The notes beneath the pieces were generated by a model. That model was not told where the DNA came from and made no database searches. It was given only the letters and a program-made list of their open reading frames with translations. Made by a program: the position numbers and the translations under genes. This document shows positions 24,961 through 38,472 of a stretch of DNA of 39,477 bases, in pieces. The first letter of the stretch is position 1. Each line of letters opens with the position of its first letter. This stretch comes from Myxococcota bacterium (GTDB taxonomy: Bacteria > Myxococcota > JACRCW01): positions 1 through 39,477 of the forward strand of contig JBFMGU010000080.1 in the NCBI GenBank assembly GCA_040752415.1, read 5' to 3'.

Positions 24961-27900
24961 TCAGAACCTCACCGCCAGGTCGTACTCGCCCGCCTGCGAG
25001 GACCCGGAGGCCCGCGCCGCGTCCACCGCCACGCAGTAGGTGCTGCCCGCGGTGAGCGAGACGTCGGTGACCGTGACACTGCCCTTGGTGACGTCGTCCG
25101 CACAGGCCAGCGGTACGCCCAGGGTGCTGCAGGCGCCGGGCAGGATGGCCAGCGCGGCGTCAAAGGTGGTCACCACCTGGAAGTCGTAGAGGTTGGTGGA
25201 GGGCGCCACGAACTCGTAGAGGTGGTCGGAGCCCGTGGAGAACGAGCCGCACACGGCGTCGTTCACGGAGCTGGGGAAGCCCAGCGTGGTCCCGTGCACG
25301 AACGCGCCGCGACCCGGCTGCAACGTGAGCAGCTCGGGGTTGGTGATGCTGCTGCCGCGCGCCGCCTGGCGGAAGGAGCCGTGGGTGATCACCGCAAAGT
25401 CACGCAGCACCACCGACGACGACGCGGAGAAGCTGTCCACCTGCAGCTCCCAGTTGCCTTCCCGTTGCACGCCGGTCAGCGCGCTGAGCGCCGGGCACTC
25501 CACGGGGTCCACGTTGACCACCAGCGTGTTTCCATTCGGCACGAACGCCGCGGGACACAGGTCGCTCACGTTCAGGTAGGCGTCGACCGCGTTGTCATTG
25601 GGCTTGTGCATACCGAACTTCAGGGCGGCCAGGTCGGCGGTGTCGCCGGTCAGGTGCAGCCGCAGCGCCACGCGGTCCACCACCTGGTGCGCCTGGTGCA
25701 CGGTGAAGCTGGTGAAACGTCCCTGCCCCACGGTGATGGTGGGCTCGGTGAGGTCGGTGAGCTCCTGGGTGAAGGCGCCCACGCCCCCCAGCACCAAGGT
25801 GGTCACGTTCTGGCTGCTGGTGATGGGCACCACCACGTCGGGAGCGGCGTCATTGTCCAGGTCCGCCACCGCCGCCCGACCCGCTCCCGTGGCCAGCGGC
25901 ACCGACGCGGCCGGGCTGTGATAGCCGCCTCCAGGCTCACCCAGCGCCACGCGGAGCTTCTTGTCGAGCGCGGCCACCCCCAGCAGGTCCCGCAGCCCGT
26001 CGCCGTTGAGGTCCACCAGCTGCACCTTCCACTCACCCTGGCCGCCATAGACGTAGCTGCTGGAGGAGAAGGTCCAGGGCGCGGTCTGCGCGTGGGTATT
26101 CATGCCGGTGCGGGTGGTCACCACGATGTCGGTGAAACCATTGTTGTCCACGTCCTCGAGGAAGATGTCGCGCGCATCCTCGTCGGAGACCGGCGCGGTG
26201 TAGAACGAGGAGCAGCCGCCCGTCCCGTCGGAGAGGCAGACCTGCGGGTTGGCACCGGGGAACGCCGCACTGACCACGGCCACGTCGGGACGACCGTCGC
26301 CGTTGAGGTCACCCACGCCCAGCCCGCGCACGTCGGTGTTGGGTGCAAGGCTGAAGAGCGAGCCGGCGCCGAAGATGTTGGCCGTCCCGTCGGCCAGGTA
26401 GCGGATGTAGCCCTGCTGCCCGACGTTGATCACCAGGTGCACCAGGTCCTGCAGCCCGTCGTCGTTGAGGTCCACCACCGCCATCTCTCCGCCGGAGGTC
26501 CAGGCGGTGTCCACCACCACATCGCCGCTGAACCCGCCCAGGCCGGTGCTCAGCGTCGCGTGGAGCTCGTTGTCGACGCGCCAGGCCAGGTCCACGTTGC
26601 CGTCGCCGTTGAAGTCGCCGGTCACGACCTCGTCGGTGGGATCGGTGCTCACGTCGCCAAAGTAGCCGGTGTAGAGGTCCCCGTGGCCAAAGCCGCGCAG
26701 CACGTTCACCGCGCCGTTGTTGTTGTCCTGCGTCTGCACCGCCACCATCATGTCCACCTTGCCGTCGTGGTCCACGTCCGCCAGCGCGGCGTGGTTGATA
26801 CGCCGGGTGGCGTCGTAGGTGATGCGGTTGTCAAAGCGCGCGCGCCCGTAGTGCTTGGTGGTCACGCCGTGGCGCCACACCAGCTTGGCATTGCCGTAGC
26901 CGGCCACCACCACGTCGGGAGCGCCGTCCAGGTTGAAGTCGCCGGTGGCCACGCGGCCACAGCCGTCCAGCGGTCGGCTCGCCAGCTGCGTGAACGCTCC
27001 CGTGCTGTTGCCCGCCATCACCGTGACCACGCTGCAGTTGCTCACCAACAGGTCGGCGTGTCCGTCGCCGTTGAAGTCCACCGGGCCGGTGAGCTGGTAG
27101 GCGAAGTCCACGTTGGAGCGCACCGCGGAGCCCACGTCCAGCGTCCCGTCGGAGCGGCCGGGGATGAGCAGCAGCTCGTCGGAGCCCACGGGGCTGGTGG
27201 CGCAGGCCACGTCCACCGCGCCGTCGGCGGTGAAGTCGCCCAGCGTGCAGTGGTAGATGAAGTCGGTGATGGAATAGCTGGTCTCCGTGCCGGTACCGGT
27301 GCCGTCGCCCAGCCAGGCCACCAGGGTGTTGCCGTAGGCGCTCACGTAGTCGGGGATGGTGTCGTTGTTGAGGTCACCCACCTCCAGGGAGACCGAGCCG
27401 CTGCCCACCCCGGCGAGGCCGCCCTGCTCCAGCACCGGCCCGAAGGTCCCGTCGCCGCGGCCCAGGCGCAGCTTGACCATGCGGTCCACGGGCTCGTAGC
27501 CGGAGAGGGTGAGGATGTCCGGCGCACCGTCGCGGTTGAAGTCCGCCACCTCCACGTCCGAGAGGGTGTAGTCGGACATGGGGAGGTCCCCGCGGTTGGT
27601 GAACGTGGCGTTGCCCGTGCCCCGACGGACCGAGACGATGCCCGCGCTGTAGGACTCATTGCTGCGGGTAAACAAGAGGTCAGGCTTGCCGTCCATGTCC
27701 ACGTCGGCCACGGCGAGCGGACCGGGGTAGTCGGCCTCCAGGCTCACCTCGCTGCCATTGCCCCAACCCGGCCCCTGGCGCACCACCACGCTGCCGTATG
27801 AGTCGGAGACGGCCACGTCCAGGTACCCATCCCCGTTGAAGTCCGCCAGCGCCAGCTCCCAGGGCGAGGAGCCCACCGCTTCCTCGTTCAGCACAGCGTC

Positions 27901-30900
27901 CAGCGCGCCGGTGCCGCGGCCGGAGTTGGTGTACGCCTCGTGCTCCAGCGCACGCAGGCGCGTGACGGGCCCGGTGCCCAGCGAGTCCTCCAGGGTCACC
28001 GCCGCCGCGCCGGCCATGAAGGGGATGGGCAGGACCACGCCGTGCGTGTCGTCGACAAAACGGGCCAGCAGCTCCCCGTTGGCGTTGCGCCAGGCAGCCG
28101 CGGTTCCGCCGCGCCAGGTCAGCTCGCCGAACTGCATGTCGCCGGGGGGCTCATAGGCCTGGCCCAAGCCCCGACGGTTGCTGAGCGGCGCGCGGGTGGC
28201 GCGCAGGTTGGAGTTGCACGGCATGTACGGTGCGCACTCCACCTTGACGGGGTTGATGCCAAAACGCGCGCGCGCCACGCCGCCGCCCGGCGAGGGATTC
28301 ACCGCCAGCAGCTCCGCGTCGACGAGGTCATCCGGGTACATCTCCGCGGTGGAGATCTGGATGGTCACGGCGCGGTCGCCCGAGCTGGGGCACACGCCCG
28401 CGACGGGGCTGTCGGTGACGGACTGCACCGTGCCGATGTTGGGTCCCAGCTGGAACTGCACGTTGTCCATGAAGCTCTGGCCACACACCACCATGCTCAC
28501 GGTGTTGGCCACCGGGAAGCCCTCACCATCCAGCGACTGTGTCACGCCGCGCGGGGTGATGCGGGTGATGCGCGGGACCGGCGCGGACACCACGAAGAAG
28601 TCGGTGCGCACGCTGGTGCCGCCGCCGGGCGCAGGCGTGCTGAGGCGCACCACGTAGGTCCCCGCGCGACGCATGATGGTGTCCGGCAGGTTGGGGATGA
28701 CGCACTGGGTGTCGCAGGTGTCGTCGACCTCGTTGTTGCCGGTGTTGGGATCGTCGTCGCGGCAGTTCTGGTTGAGCGAGGGGTCCTCGGTGGGCGGGTA
28801 GCCCACGTCATCCTCGCTGAAGCAGTCCAGCGTGAAGTCACCAATCTGCACCTTGGTGTCAAAGGCGATGCCCCGGCCGGTGAGGGTGAGCAGGAAGGGG
28901 CCCACCGCGCCGTCGCGGTCGGGGTCGGAGAGCGCCACGTAGCCCTCCGGGCTGATGCCCACCGTCTCCGGAGCCAACGTGCCCAGCTCCGGCACCGGCC
29001 GTGACGACGTGCGCAGGATGTCCCCGTAGCCCACGCCGGAGCTGTTCCCGGCCTCGTCGCAGAACTGGTAGCAGACGCGTTTGTTGCCCTCGCCCTCCAG
29101 GTCGAACGTGGTGGCGGGCGAGAAGACGTCAAAGCCGGCCCACCCGGGCGGGTTGCACGCCACCGGGGCGCAGTCGGCGTCCGGGTCTGCTTCCGAGGAC
29201 TCCAGCCAGAAGCGCATGCGGTCCGCGTAGGTGTCGGAGATGCGCACGCTGATGGTGTTGGTGTTGACCGTGGTCTGTCCCTCCGCCAGCACCACCGTGC
29301 CCAGGGCGGGCGGATTGGTGTCGTAGTAGATGGAGTCAAAGAAGCTGGTGGAGAAGTTGCCCGCGTCGTCGACCAACGTGGCCCAGACGTAGAGGTCTCC
29401 CTCGCTCCCGAAGGGGATGAGCCGCAGGTCGATGGGGCCGCCGTTCCAGGCGAACCAAGGGATGGGCTCCCCCGGGCGCGGGTAGCTCACCCACGTGCAG
29501 AAGGCGGAGCAGCCGTCCCAGTTGGCGTGGTTGCCGTCGTCGCAGTCCTCGCCGGGGTCCACCACGCTGTTGCCACAGGCCGCCGGGTAGGTACCCGCCG
29601 TGCAGATGGGTGAGCAGCCGTCGTAGTCCCAGTTGTTGCCGTCGTCGCACTCCTCCGGAGCCTCCAGGGTTCCGTTGCCGCAGCCGGCGGGCACCGGCGG
29701 GTACTCCTCCATGCCGGGGCTGCCGTAGAACATCACGCCCAGGCCGTTGCCGTTGCTGACGGTGGCGCGCACCGTGGTGCTGTTGGTGGCCAGCCGTCCG
29801 CTCTCCAGCTGCAGGCTGCCCGCGCCGGGAGGCTGGGTGTCCAGCACCAGGTTGTTCTCGGACTCCGTGGGCGCCGCGGAGTAGTTGCCCGCGTTGTCCA
29901 TCACGCACAGGTACACGCGCCGCGTCCCGTCGCCGCTGCCCATGATGTGACGCACGTCGTTGGCGGGGCTGGAGCCGGGGGGCTGGTAGAGGTTGGGGTC
30001 GGCGGGGCAGCTGGTGTTGCTGTCCAGGAGGCGCACGCCAAAGGGCCCGGCGTGGGCGTCGGTGACCTCGTAGCGCACGCCCACCAGGGTCTCGTTGGTG
30101 GCGCGACCATTCAGCGTGCGGTCCGCCAGCGGGTCGTCCATGACGTAGTAGGGGAAGACGTAGAAGCTGGGGTCCGTCACCTGCGGCGCGCTGGCGTCGA
30201 CGACGGTGGTGATGGCCAGCGGCGTGGAGTTGTTGCCGGCGGGGTCGGTGCAACGCACCTGCACGTTGCGCGTGCCCTCGGTGGAGAGGTCGCTGGGCGT
30301 GACCGCCACCTGCTCGCGGAAGACCCCCTGGTAGAGCGTGTTGGCAAAGCTGAGATCCAGCACCTGCATGGTGAGCTGGTCGGTGATGACCAGGTCATCC
30401 ACGCAGTCCACGCGGGCCACGCGGCTGCCGGCCACCGCGGTCACGTAGGAGCGGCCGTCAAAGCCCAGCGCTCCCACCGACGCGCTGCGCACCGAGGGCG
30501 CCACGGTATCCACCATGATGGTCTCCACCACCGGGTCGCTCTCATTGCCCGCGGCGTCCTCGATCCAGGCCACCACCGCGAAGGGGCCGGAGCCGGTGGC
30601 GGGCAGGTCCAGGTCGGCCAGCGGGGTGTCGTAGCTGCGACGCACCGGCTGGCTCTGCCCCACGAAGTCACCGACGAGGACGATGGTGTAGCCGGTGGTG
30701 GAGGCGTCGTTGCTCACCACGCTGACCGGGACGTCGGCGCGCGTGTTGGCCCAGCCGCTGCCGCTGCCCAGCTGCAACGTGGGTCGACCGGGGCGCACGC
30801 TGTCCAGCAGCACCGCGTTGCTGGCCGCCACCGCGGAAGCGGTCTGGTTGCCCGCCACGTCGCGCGCGCACAGGTAGAGGTTGCGCACGCCGTCACCGGG

Positions 30901-33900
30901 CGTGAGCGGGAAGATCATGTTGCCCTGCGCGGGGTAGATGTAGCTGGCCGCGTCACAGGCCACCGCGGTCTCCGCCAGCGCCACCGACTCCACCTGCGTC
31001 ACCGCGTCGCGCACGTCGAGCGTGACCGGCACCAGCGTGGTGTTGAGCGGCTTGTTGGGCGTGCCGTCGGCGAGGATGAAGGTGGTGATGGTGGGCGCGC
31101 TGTAGTCCAGCGTCACGGTGGGCTGCGCCGCCACGTCGAGATTCAGGGTGTTGCCCGCCGGGTCGCGACAGCTCACCGTGAGATTGCGTGTGCCCTGCGT
31201 GTTGCCCAGCGAGAGCGGCACCACCGAGAGGAACGCGCCGGCATACAACGTGACGTCGTTGGTGACGTCGCGCACGGTGATGGCCAGGTCCGCGGCGGGG
31301 ACCTCGCCGTCCTGGCAGTAGACCTGCACCTGGGTGTCGCCCTGCGGGTTGGTGACGTAGACCGGGGCGGTGAGGGAGACCTGCGCGGGCGCCGCGCCGT
31401 CGACGAAGATCTCGCGCTGCACCTCGTCGCTCTCATTGCCGGCGGGGTCCGCCAGGCGGAACGCCACGCGCTTGGGTCCGTTGCCGGCCACCAGGGCCAG
31501 GCTGGTGGGCGTGGGGGTCATGTTGATGACGGCCGCGCCGCCCGGCACGTCGCCGCGCACCAGGAGGCGGTAGGTGGGGGAATCCCCGTCCACGCTGTCC
31601 ACGTCGAGCGCCACGGTGGCGGAGGTGGCCCAGCCACTACCGTCGCCCAGCGTGATGTCCGGCACCTGGGGCCGCTGGGTATCCAGTTGCACGGAGTTGC
31701 CCGCGGCCTGCGCGGCGGTGGTGTTGCCGGCGACGTCGCGCGCGCACAGGTAGAGCGTGCGCAGCCCGTCGCCCACGGTGAGCGGGAAGGCCAGCGGGCC
31801 ACTGGTGGGCTTGTCGTAGGACACGCGCGCGCAGTCGGGCACGGACTCGCTGAGCGAGGTGGCGGCGACGCCGCTGAGGTTGTCGCTGGTGGCAAAGTTC
31901 ACCGTCACGTTGCGGTCCCGCGTGGGCTCCGCGGCGGCGCCGCCGTTGAGACGGAAGTTGCTGACGACGGGCGGCGTGTAGTCCAGGGTCACCTGCGCCT
32001 CGTCGGCCACCGCCACCGTGACGCTGTTGCCGGCGGGGTCGGTGCAGCGCGCGTTGAGGCGACGCAGGCCCTGCGTGGTGCCCAGGGAGATCGGCGCCAC
32101 CGCCTGGTACGGCGCGTTGAACAGCGTGACGTCGTTGGTGACGTCGCGGACCATCAGCGTGAGCTGGGAGGACGGCGACTCATCATCCTGGCAGGCCACC
32201 TGCACCGTGGTGTCACCCGAGGCGTTGGTCACCCAGGTGGGGGCGGTGAGGCGGATGTCGCGCGGCGGATTCCCGTCGACAAACACCTCTTGCAGCACCA
32301 GCTCGCTCTCGTTGCCGGCGCGGTCCACCAGGCGCGCGGCCAGGCGCTTGCGCCCGTTGCCCGGCGTCAGCTCCAACGAGGTGGGCGCGGGCGTCATGGG
32401 GATGCTCACCGCGCCGCCCGGCACGTCACCCTGCACCACCAGCGTGTACGTGCCCGCGTCGCCATCCGCGCTGCCCACCACCAGCGTCACCGTCGACGAG
32501 GTGGCCCAGCCGCTGCCGTTGCCCAGCGTGAGGGACGGGGCCTGGGGACGCTGCGTGTCCAGCGTGACGCTGTTGGCGGGAGCCAGCGCCGCGGTGGTGT
32601 TGCCGGCCACGTCGCGCGCGCACAGGAACACCGTGCGCAAGCCCTCCCCCGCCGAGAGCGGGAAGGCCACCGGGCCCGCGGCGGGCTGGTTGTAGGCCAC
32701 GCGGTCGCAGTCGGGCGTGGTCTCACTGAGCGCCACCGCGAACACGCCGCTGAGGTTGTCGCTGGTGGTGTAGTGCACCGTGACGTTGCGGTCGCGCGTG
32801 GGCTCCGCGGCGCCGCCGCCGTTGAGGCTGAACGCGCTGACCACGGGCGGCGAGTAGTCCACGGTGACGGTGCGCAGCGCCTGCACCACGTTGCTCACGT
32901 TGCCCGCGGGGTCGGTGCACTGCGCGCTGAGGGTGTGCGTGCGCTCGGTGCTGCCCAGGTCAATGCCGGCCAGCGAGAGGTGCAGCGCGTTGTAGAGGAC
33001 CGCGTCCAGGTCATTGGTCACCCTGAGCTGCAGCTGGCCGGCGGTGAGCGGTCCGTCGGTGCAATCCACCTGCACGTAGGTGTTGCCGCTGGGGTCGCGC
33101 ACGAAGCCGCTGTTGTCCCCGACGACGAACGGGTACACGGTGGGTGGCGTCCCGTCGACGTTGACGCGCGCGGTGCGACGCTCCGAGACGTGGCCCGCGG
33201 CGTCGGTGAGCTTGGCGGTGACCTCCTTGATTCCGTCGCCGGCGCTGAGCGTGATGGTGGCGGGGAGGAGGTCAATGCGCGTGGGCGGGAACGCGGCGGC
33301 CAGGTCGCCTTCCAATGACACCATGGCCGCGGGGTCGGTGGCGACGACGGTGAGGGTCACGGTGGCGGAGGTGCTCCAGGGCTGTCCCCCGTGCAGCTGG
33401 AAGACCTGGATGACCGGGTCAATGGTGTCCAGCACCAGCGTGTTGGTGGAGGGCACCGGCGTGGCCGTGATGTTGCCCGCCACGTCCTTGGCGCACAGGT
33501 AGAGCCGACGCTGCCCGTCCTGCTGGCTCAGCGTGTAACCCACGTCGCCGGCGCGCGGGAAGCTGAAGGGCACCGCGGTGCAGTCGGCAATGGCCTCCGC
33601 CAGCGCCACGCCGGCCACCTCCGTCTCGTCGTCGACCACGTTGAGGTGCACGGTGATGTTGAGCTGCGCGGTGGGCTCGTCCTGGGCGCCGTTGTTGAGC
33701 GTGAACAGGGTGACGCGCGGCGGCGTGTGGTCCACGCTGACGGAGAAGCGCGCCTCGGGGATCTCGGGGTCATTGCCGTTGCCGGCGCGGTCCAGGCACT
33801 GCGCGCGCAGGTCGTGGGCCACCTCGCTGGCGCCCAGGTCCAGCAGCACCTGCGTGCGGTACACGCCGTCGTAGAGGAACACGGCGGGGTTGGCCTGGTC

Positions 33901-36900
33901 CCAGATGCGCAGCGTCAGCTCGGCGGCCACCGCCACGTCGTCGGTGCAGGCCACCGAGGCGTAGGTCCGACCGCCCGCGTCGCGCACGTAGCCGCTGCCA
34001 TCCCCGACGGTGAACACGAACATGGACGGGTCCACGGAGTCCACGCCAATGCCCACCTGCACGAGGTCGGAGCGGTTCCCCGCGGGGTCCATGAGCTGCA
34101 CGGTCACGTTCTTGAAGCCACCCGCCGCGCTCAGCTCCACGTTGGCGGGCAGCGCGGTGAACGGGTAGCTGGGCTGCATGGTGGGGCCCAGGTCTCCGCC
34201 GAGCAGCACGGTGTAGGTGTCACGGTCGTCGTCGGTGGAGGTGAGCGAGAAGGAGACGGTGTTCTGCTGCACCCAGGTGGCGCCGCCGCCCAGCAGCACG
34301 GTGGGACGGCTGGGACGCAGCGTATCCAGCAGCACGCTGTTGGAGGCCACCGCGGCGGCGGAGGTGTTGCCGGCCTCGTCGCGGGCGCACAGGAAGAGCT
34401 GGCGCGTACCCTCGCCGGGGGAGAGCGTGACGGGGAAGCCGCTGGCGCCGTCGCGCAGCTCATAGCGGAGACCCGCGCACGCGGCGGCGGTCTCGCGCAG
34501 CGCCACGCCGTTGACGCCGGAGATGGGGTCGCTGATGTCGAAGTGGACGGTGACGGTGGGATCGGTGGCGAACTCCCCGTCGACGCCGCCGTTGATGCGG
34601 AAGTTGGTGACGACGGGCGCCGAGTGGTCCACCTGGAAGGGCGGCTCATCCGCCTCCACGAAGTTGCCGGCCAGGTCCTCGCAGCGCACGCGCAGAAGGC
34701 GGGTTCCCTCGGCGGGGCCCAGCGCCAGCGGGACAATGCGCACCAGCGGGCCCTGGTAGACCACCGTGGGGCTGCCGGGGTCGGTGACGTCGGTGACGAC
34801 GAGACGCAGGGGCGCGTTGCTCCCGTCGGTGCATTCCGCGCGCGCAAAGGCGCTGCCATCCGCGGTGGTCACGAAGCCCTCGCCCAGCACCTCGAACTCG
34901 GCGATCTCCGGGTTGCCGGTGTCGATGCCCACGGTGACGGTGACGTCGGGGGAGCGGTTGCCGGCGGGGTCCCGCAGGGTGACCCGCAGCGTGCGCGTGC
35001 CTTCCCCGGGCAGCAGCGAGATGGTGGGCGGCAGGTTGGCCACTGTCACCGGCGTGAACGGCGCGGCCAGGTCCCCCACCACCTCCACGCTGTAGCCCGA
35101 CGCGTCGGCATCCGGGCTGCTGATGGACCAGACCACGTCCGGGCTGTTGACCCAGGAGGTGCCCGCGCCGAGCGTGACGGTGGGCTCCTGCGGCGGAACG
35201 GTGTCCAGCACCACGTCGTTGGACGAGCGCTGGCCGGCCACGTTGCCCGCGGCGTCCCAGGCGCACAGGTAGAGCGTGCGGTTGCCTTCACCGGCGCTGA
35301 GGGTGAAGCCGAGCTGCGAGGTGTAGCGGATGCGCCCAGAGAGCGGCACGGTGTCGCAGTCCAGATCGACCTCGCTGACGAGGATGGTGTCCACACCGCT
35401 GGCCTGGCCGGGCGTATCCTCCGGGTCGGTCACGACGAGGGAGGCGGTCACCGACGGAGAGGCGGTGGGCTCATTGGGACTGCCGGCGTTGAGGTGGAAG
35501 TCGGAGATGATCGGCCCCCGCGTATCGACGGTGAAGCTGACGGTGGCGGGCGGGGAGCTGCGTCCCGAGGGATCCGAGCACACCACGGTCACGGAGGCCG
35601 AGCCCTCGACGGTGCCGAGCGGCAGGGTCAGCACATTGCGGTAGCTGTCGTCGTAGAGGGTGGTGGTGTCGCGGGTGACGGTGAGGCGCATGGCGCCGGG
35701 CGTGACGTCGTCGACGCAGGTGACGGCGAGCGCTCCGCTCGGCTGCGTCAAGAAGCCGGTGCCGCTCCCCACCTGCGCGCTGGTGACTTCCGGCGTGGTG
35801 AGGTCCACGTAGACCTGCGCCTGCGCGGCGTCCGAGCTGTTGCCCGCGGCGTCGACCACGCGCGCGAACACCGTCCGCGTTCCCGCCCCGGTGAGCGTGA
35901 TCTGGGAAGGCACCGAGCCCAGCACCTCGCGCACCTCACCACCGACGACGTCGCCCCACAGCACGATCTCGGTGGCGGCGTTGGTCTCCACCGTGCCCAC
36001 GGTGACGTCAACCGCCAGCGCGTCCGACCAGCCATCCCCACCCGCGAGCGTGAGGGTGGGGGGTGCGGGACGGAGGTCGTCGAGCTCGAGGGTGTTGGAG
36101 GGAACCGGGGCCGCGGTGAAGTTGCCCGCCTCGTCGCGCGCGCAGACGTTCACGGTGTGGGCGCCCTGCACCGGGGAGAGCGTGAAGGAGAAGCGGCCGG
36201 AGCGCGGGAAGGTGTAGGAGGCGGTGGCGCAGTCCAGCGCCCCGTCGGAGATGGCGGTGCCCACCACGGTGTTGGCGTCGGTGGTGGTGAGGTCCACCTG
36301 CACGTTGCGGTCGCGGGTGACGGGCCGGTCCTCCGCGCCGGTGATGGTGACGCTGACTTGCGGCGCGCTGTGGTCCCAGGTGACGGACGCGCTTCCCGCG
36401 ACGGAGATGTGCCCCGCCACGTCGGTGCAGGTGGCCTCCACGGTGACCGGCCCCTCGACATCACCCAGGTCCACCACCAGCGACGTGGTGCTGGCCGGCT
36501 CCGTCGAGAAAGCGCCGCTGCCCACCCGCCAGGCGTATTCCCGCACGCCGCTGAGCGAGTCGCTGCAACGCACCTCCAGCGTCGCGGTCCCGTCGCTGCT
36601 GGTGACAAAGCGACGCCCGCCGGCGATCACCACCTCCGGCACGCCCGGCGCCTCCTTGTCCAGCAGCACGGAGACCACCGTGGGCGGGGAGCGGTTCCCC
36701 ACCGCGTCCACGAGATGCACGGTGGCGCTGTAGCGGCCCTGCACGTCGGGGAACGCCAGCTCCTGCGGGAGGTTTCCCCAGTCATGTCTGCCACCACCAC
36801 TCACCGCGTCGCCGCTGATCTCCACGTAGGCGATGTCGGTGGTCCCGCTGACACCCACGCTCAGCGGCATGCTGGCCACGCGGGAGAGCCCGCTGCCGTC

Positions 36901-38472
36901 GCCCAGCGTCACCGTGGGAGGGGGCGGCGCGGTGGTATCCAGCTCCACGCTGGCGCTCACCTCCGCCGTCTCATTGCCCGCGGCGTCGCGGAAGCGCGCA
37001 AAGACCTGCTTGGTCCCGTCGCCGGGCGGGAGGCTCACGCTGGTGGTCGGCGCGTAGGGAATCCAGGCCGGCGCGTCGGACAAGCCGCTCTGCACGCCCA
37101 CCTTCATCTCCACCGCGCCGTCAGCGCGCGGGTGCGCGGTGACGGAGGTGCTGCCCACGCGACCGCCCATGCTGTCCACGGTGACGACGGGATTGGCCGG
37201 CGGCTCGGTGTCCAGCTCCACGTCGTCCACGACGGTGGCGGAGATGTGCCCGGCGCGGTCGCGCAGCTGGACCTTGACGCGCTTGAGACCCTGTCCGTCG
37301 TCAAACGTCACGGAGCGGTTGCGCGTGTACTCGCCCCACGTCGGGTTGGCGAGGTCCTGGTCGCAATTCTCCACGCCGACGGAATCCACGGTGCAGATGG
37401 CCAACGCCAGGTCCAGGCGGGTGGAGAGATCGTCGGAGGCCACCACCAGCAGGCTGCCGGTGGTGCTGGTGAGGAAGCGCGCGCCACCCTGGAGCTGCAC
37501 CAGCTCGACCACCGGCGGAGTCACGTCCTTGATGACGTGGATGGTGTCCACCTCGCTCTCGTTGCCGCAGGCGTCCTTGAACTGCGCGTGCAGGGCGTTG
37601 CGACCGTCCGTGATGGGAACCACGTAACCGTCGGTCTGGAACGTGGTGTACGCGGGCGGTGCGCCCTCCCCCACCCACACGCGTCCCTCGACGGGGAACT
37701 GCGCCTGCACGCGCACGCTGACCTCGGTGGCCTGGGTGTGCCAGGTGCTGCCGTTCTCCACGGTGACGTCGACACCACCGGGGGTGTAGCCCGGCTTGGC
37801 GCGCTCCAGCGTCACGCCCAGTCCCTCCACCGCGGCGCCGTCCACCTCGATGTCCACCGCGCGGCCGCAGCGGGAGTCCGACTGCGCGCTGATTCCCGAC
37901 GAGGGCACCGCGTACCCGGGCTTGCTCACCGTGATGCGGTAGCGCCCCACGCGGGTGCGCGGGAAGGTGAACACGCCGCCGGCCACCGTGGTGCGGAACA
38001 CCTCGCCGGTGCCCTCCACCTCCAGCAGCACCTCGCTGTCGTCGGGGGAGTCGGCCTCGCTGCCGTTGCCGGTCAGGGTGAGCGAGCCGGTCACCGAGCC
38101 CTCGCCCAGCTCAAGCTTGATGTCGCCCAGGGAGACGGTGCCGCCCGCCTTGGCCACCACGCGCGTGGCGTAGGCCTTGTACGCGCTCCCCGACGCGCTC
38201 AGGGTCAATCCACCGGTGTAGGTGACGGTGAGGTTGTACACGTCCGGCTCAATGTCCTCGAACGCGAAGTTGCCTTCCGCATCCACCGGCACCCCGCCCT
38301 CACCGCGCCCGATGTCGATGCGAACACGCGAGAAGTCATTGGCCCCGGCCACTCCCTGCTCCAGCACCACGCGGCCGGTGATGGTGGCACGTGTTCCACT
38401 GGTCCCCGACGTCGGAGAACAGCCGAGGACAAGACCCAACCCCAATGCGCAAAGCAGTCGAACCGTACGCAT
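24961..38472 (-). CDS. Giant (~4500 aa) modular surface lipoprotein / putative adhesin: carboxypeptidase-regulatory-like x2, ~29 Ig-like repeats, Myxococcus Cys-rich repeats x2, IPT/TIG x2, 14 FG-GAP repeats, P-domain-like and PPC-like C-terminus
   Basis: Uninterrupted ORF with lipobox LVLGC. ~95-aa units run D-x-x-[PA]-P ... D-x-AGN. Also CGNG...ECDDGN...DGCS..C repeats and DxNxDG..D repeats. ATG 38472 has a GGAG SD; the alternative ATG is 38484. Confidence 0.92.
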   Translation of the reverse strand: MRTVRLLCALGLGLVLGCSPTSGTSGTRATITGRVVLEQGVAGANDFSRVRIDIGRGEGGVPVDAEGNFAFEDIEPDVYNLTVTYTGGLTLSASGSAYKAYATRVVAKAGGTVSLGDIKLELGEGSVTGSLTLTGNGSEADSPDDSEVLLEVEGTGEVFRTTVAGGVFTFPRTRVGRYRITVSKPGYAVPSSGISAQSDSRCGRAVDIEVDGAAVEGLGVTLERAKPGYTPGGVDVTVENGSTWHTQATEVSVRVQAQFPVEGRVWVGEGAPPAYTTFQTDGYVVPITDGRNALHAQFKDACGNESEVDTIHVIKDVTPPVVELVQLQGGARFLTSTTGSLLVVASDDLSTRLDLALAICTVDSVGVENCDQDLANPTWGEYTRNRSVTFDDGQGLKRVKVQLRDRAGHISATVVDDVELDTEPPANPVVTVDSMGGRVGSTSVTAHPRADGAVEMKVGVQSGLSDAPAWIPYAPTTSVSLPPGDGTKQVFARFRDAAGNETAEVSASVELDTTAPPPPTVTLGDGSGLSRVASMPLSVGVSGTTDIAYVEISGDAVSGGGRHDWGNLPQELAFPDVQGRYSATVHLVDAVGNRSPPTVVSVLLDKEAPGVPEVVIAGGRRFVTSSDGTATLEVRCSDSLSGVREYAWRVGSGAFSTEPASTTSLVVDLGDVEGPVTVEATCTDVAGHISVAGSASVTWDHSAPQVSVTITGAEDRPVTRDRNVQVDLTTTDANTVVGTAISDGALDCATASYTFPRSGRFSFTLSPVQGAHTVNVCARDEAGNFTAAPVPSNTLELDDLRPAPPTLTLAGGDGWSDALAVDVTVGTVETNAATEIVLWGDVVGGEVREVLGSVPSQITLTGAGTRTVFARVVDAAGNSSDAAQAQVYVDLTTPEVTSAQVGSGTGFLTQPSGALAVTCVDDVTPGAMRLTVTRDTTTLYDDSYRNVLTLPLGTVEGSASVTVVCSDPSGRSSPPATVSFTVDTRGPIISDFHLNAGSPNEPTASPSVTASLVVTDPEDTPGQASGVDTILVSEVDLDCDTVPLSGRIRYTSQLGFTLSAGEGNRTLYLCAWDAAGNVAGQRSSNDVVLDTVPPQEPTVTLGAGTSWVNSPDVVWSISSPDADASGYSVEVVGDLAAPFTPVTVANLPPTISLLPGEGTRTLRVTLRDPAGNRSPDVTVTVGIDTGNPEIAEFEVLGEGFVTTADGSAFARAECTDGSNAPLRLVVTDVTDPGSPTVVYQGPLVRIVPLALGPAEGTRLLRVRCEDLAGNFVEADEPPFQVDHSAPVVTNFRINGGVDGEFATDPTVTVHFDISDPISGVNGVALRETAAACAGLRYELRDGASGFPVTLSPGEGTRQLFLCARDEAGNTSAAAVASNSVLLDTLRPSRPTVLLGGGATWVQQNTVSFSLTSTDDDRDTYTVLLGGDLGPTMQPSYPFTALPANVELSAAGGFKNVTVQLMDPAGNRSDLVQVGIGVDSVDPSMFVFTVGDGSGYVRDAGGRTYASVACTDDVAVAAELTLRIWDQANPAVFLYDGVYRTQVLLDLGASEVAHDLRAQCLDRAGNGNDPEIPEARFSVSVDHTPPRVTLFTLNNGAQDEPTAQLNITVHLNVVDDETEVAGVALAEAIADCTAVPFSFPRAGDVGYTLSQQDGQRRLYLCAKDVAGNITATPVPSTNTLVLDTIDPVIQVFQLHGGQPWSTSATVTLTVVATDPAAMVSLEGDLAAAFPPTRIDLLPATITLSAGDGIKEVTAKLTDAAGHVSERRTARVNVDGTPPTVYPFVVGDNSGFVRDPSGNTYVQVDCTDGPLTAGQLQLRVTNDLDAVLYNALHLSLAGIDLGSTERTHTLSAQCTDPAGNVSNVVQALRTVTVDYSPPVVSAFSLNGGGAAEPTRDRNVTVHYTTSDNLSGVFAVALSETTPDCDRVAYNQPAAGPVAFPLSAGEGLRTVFLCARDVAGNTTAALAPANSVTLDTQRPQAPSLTLGNGSGWATSSTVTLVVGSADGDAGTYTLVVQGDVPGGAVSIPMTPAPTSLELTPGNGRKRLAARLVDRAGNESELVLQEVFVDGNPPRDIRLTAPTWVTNASGDTTVQVACQDDESPSSQLTLMVRDVTNDVTLFNAPYQAVAPISLGTTQGLRRLNARCTDPAGNSVTVAVADEAQVTLDYTPPVVSNFRLNGGAAAEPTRDRNVTVNFATSDNLSGVAATSLSESVPDCARVSYDKPTSGPLAFPLTVGDGLRTLYLCARDVAGNTTAAQAAGNSVQLDTQRPQVPDITLGDGSGWATSATVALDVDSVDGDSPTYRLLVRGDVPGGAAVINMTPTPTSLALVAGNGPKRVAFRLADPAGNESDEVQREIFVDGAAPAQVSLTAPVYVTNPQGDTQVQVYCQDGEVPAADLAITVRDVTNDVTLYAGAFLSVVPLSLGNTQGTRNLTVSCRDPAGNTLNLDVAAQPTVTLDYSAPTITTFILADGTPNKPLNTTLVPVTLDVRDAVTQVESVALAETAVACDAASYIYPAQGNMIFPLTPGDGVRNLYLCARDVAGNQTASAVAASNAVLLDSVRPGRPTLQLGSGSGWANTRADVPVSVVSNDASTTGYTIVLVGDFVGQSQPVRRSYDTPLADLDLPATGSGPFAVVAWIEDAAGNESDPVVETIMVDTVAPSVRSASVGALGFDGRSYVTAVAGSRVARVDCVDDLVITDQLTMQVLDLSFANTLYQGVFREQVAVTPSDLSTEGTRNVQVRCTDPAGNNSTPLAITTVVDASAPQVTDPSFYVFPYYVMDDPLADRTLNGRATNETLVGVRYEVTDAHAGPFGVRLLDSNTSCPADPNLYQPPGSSPANDVRHIMGSGDGTRRVYLCVMDNAGNYSAAPTESENNLVLDTQPPGAGSLQLESGRLATNSTTVRATVSNGNGLGVMFYGSPGMEEYPPVPAGCGNGTLEAPEECDDGNNWDYDGCSPICTAGTYPAACGNSVVDPGEDCDDGNHANWDGCSAFCTWVSYPRPGEPIPWFAWNGGPIDLRLIPFGSEGDLYVWATLVDDAGNFSTSFFDSIYYDTNPPALGTVVLAEGQTTVNTNTISVRISDTYADRMRFWLESSEADPDADCAPVACNPPGWAGFDVFSPATTFDLEGEGNKRVCYQFCDEAGNSSGVGYGDILRTSSRPVPELGTLAPETVGISPEGYVALSDPDRDGAVGPFLLTLTGRGIAFDTKVQIGDFTLDCFSEDDVGYPPTEDPSLNQNCRDDDPNTGNNEVDDTCDTQCVIPNLPDTIMRRAGTYVVRLSTPAPGGGTSVRTDFFVVSAPVPRITRITPRGVTQSLDGEGFPVANTVSMVVCGQSFMDNVQFQLGPNIGTVQSVTDSPVAGVCPSSGDRAVTIQISTAEMYPDDLVDAELLAVNPSPGGGVARARFGINPVKVECAPYMPCNSNLRATRAPLSNRRGLGQAYEPPGDMQFGELTWRGGTAAAWRNANGELLARFVDDTHGVVLPIPFMAGAAAVTLEDSLGTGPVTRLRALEHEAYTNSGRGTGALDAVLNEEAVGSSPWELALADFNGDGYLDVAVSDSYGSVVVRQGPGWGNGSEVSLEADYPGPLAVADVDMDGKPDLLFTRSNESYSAGIVSVRRGTGNATFTNRGDLPMSDYTLSDVEVADFNRDGAPDILTLSGYEPVDRMVKLRLGRGDGTFGPVLEQGGLAGVGSGSVSLEVGDLNNDTIPDYVSAYGNTLVAWLGDGTGTGTETSYSITDFIYHCTLGDFTADGAVDVACATSPVGSDELLLIPGRSDGTLDVGSAVRSNVDFAYQLTGPVDFNGDGHADLLVSNCSVVTVMAGNSTGAFTQLASRPLDGCGRVATGDFNLDGAPDVVVAGYGNAKLVWRHGVTTKHYGRARFDNRITYDATRRINHAALADVDHDGKVDMMVAVQTQDNNNGAVNVLRGFGHGDLYTGYFGDVSTDPTDEVVTGDFNGDGNVDLAWRVDNELHATLSTGLGGFSGDVVVDTAWTSGGEMAVVDLNDDGLQDLVHLVINVGQQGYIRYLADGTANIFGAGSLFSLAPNTDVRGLGVGDLNGDGRPDVAVVSAAFPGANPQVCLSDGTGGCSSFYTAPVSDEDARDIFLEDVDNNGFTDIVVTTRTGMNTHAQTAPWTFSSSSYVYGGQGEWKVQLVDLNGDGLRDLLGVAALDKKLRVALGEPGGGYHSPAASVPLATGAGRAAVADLDNDAAPDVVVPITSSQNVTTLVLGGVGAFTQELTDLTEPTITVGQGRFTSFTVHQAHQVVDRVALRLHLTGDTADLAALKFGMHKPNDNAVDAYLNVSDLCPAAFVPNGNTLVVNVDPVECPALSALTGVQREGNWELQVDSFSASSSVVLRDFAVITHGSFRQAARGSSITNPELLTLQPGRGAFVHGTTLGFPSSVNDAVCGSFSTGSDHLYEFVAPSTNLYDFQVVTTFDAALAILPGACSTLGVPLACADDVTKGSVTVTDVSLTAGSTYCVAVDAARASGSSQAGEYDLAVRF
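29880..36945 (-). repeat. Eight tandem three-domain Ig super-repeats (~295 aa each) in the giant protein
   Basis: Cyclic order of three unit types: Cys-free LDTxxP..GxGW..DxAGN, then VDxxxP..VxCxD..CxDxAG, then DxxxP..FxLNGG..DC..LCARDxAGN. GTAGTCC landmarks at 31102, 31978 and 32854 give an exact 876-bp period. Confidence 0.85.
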
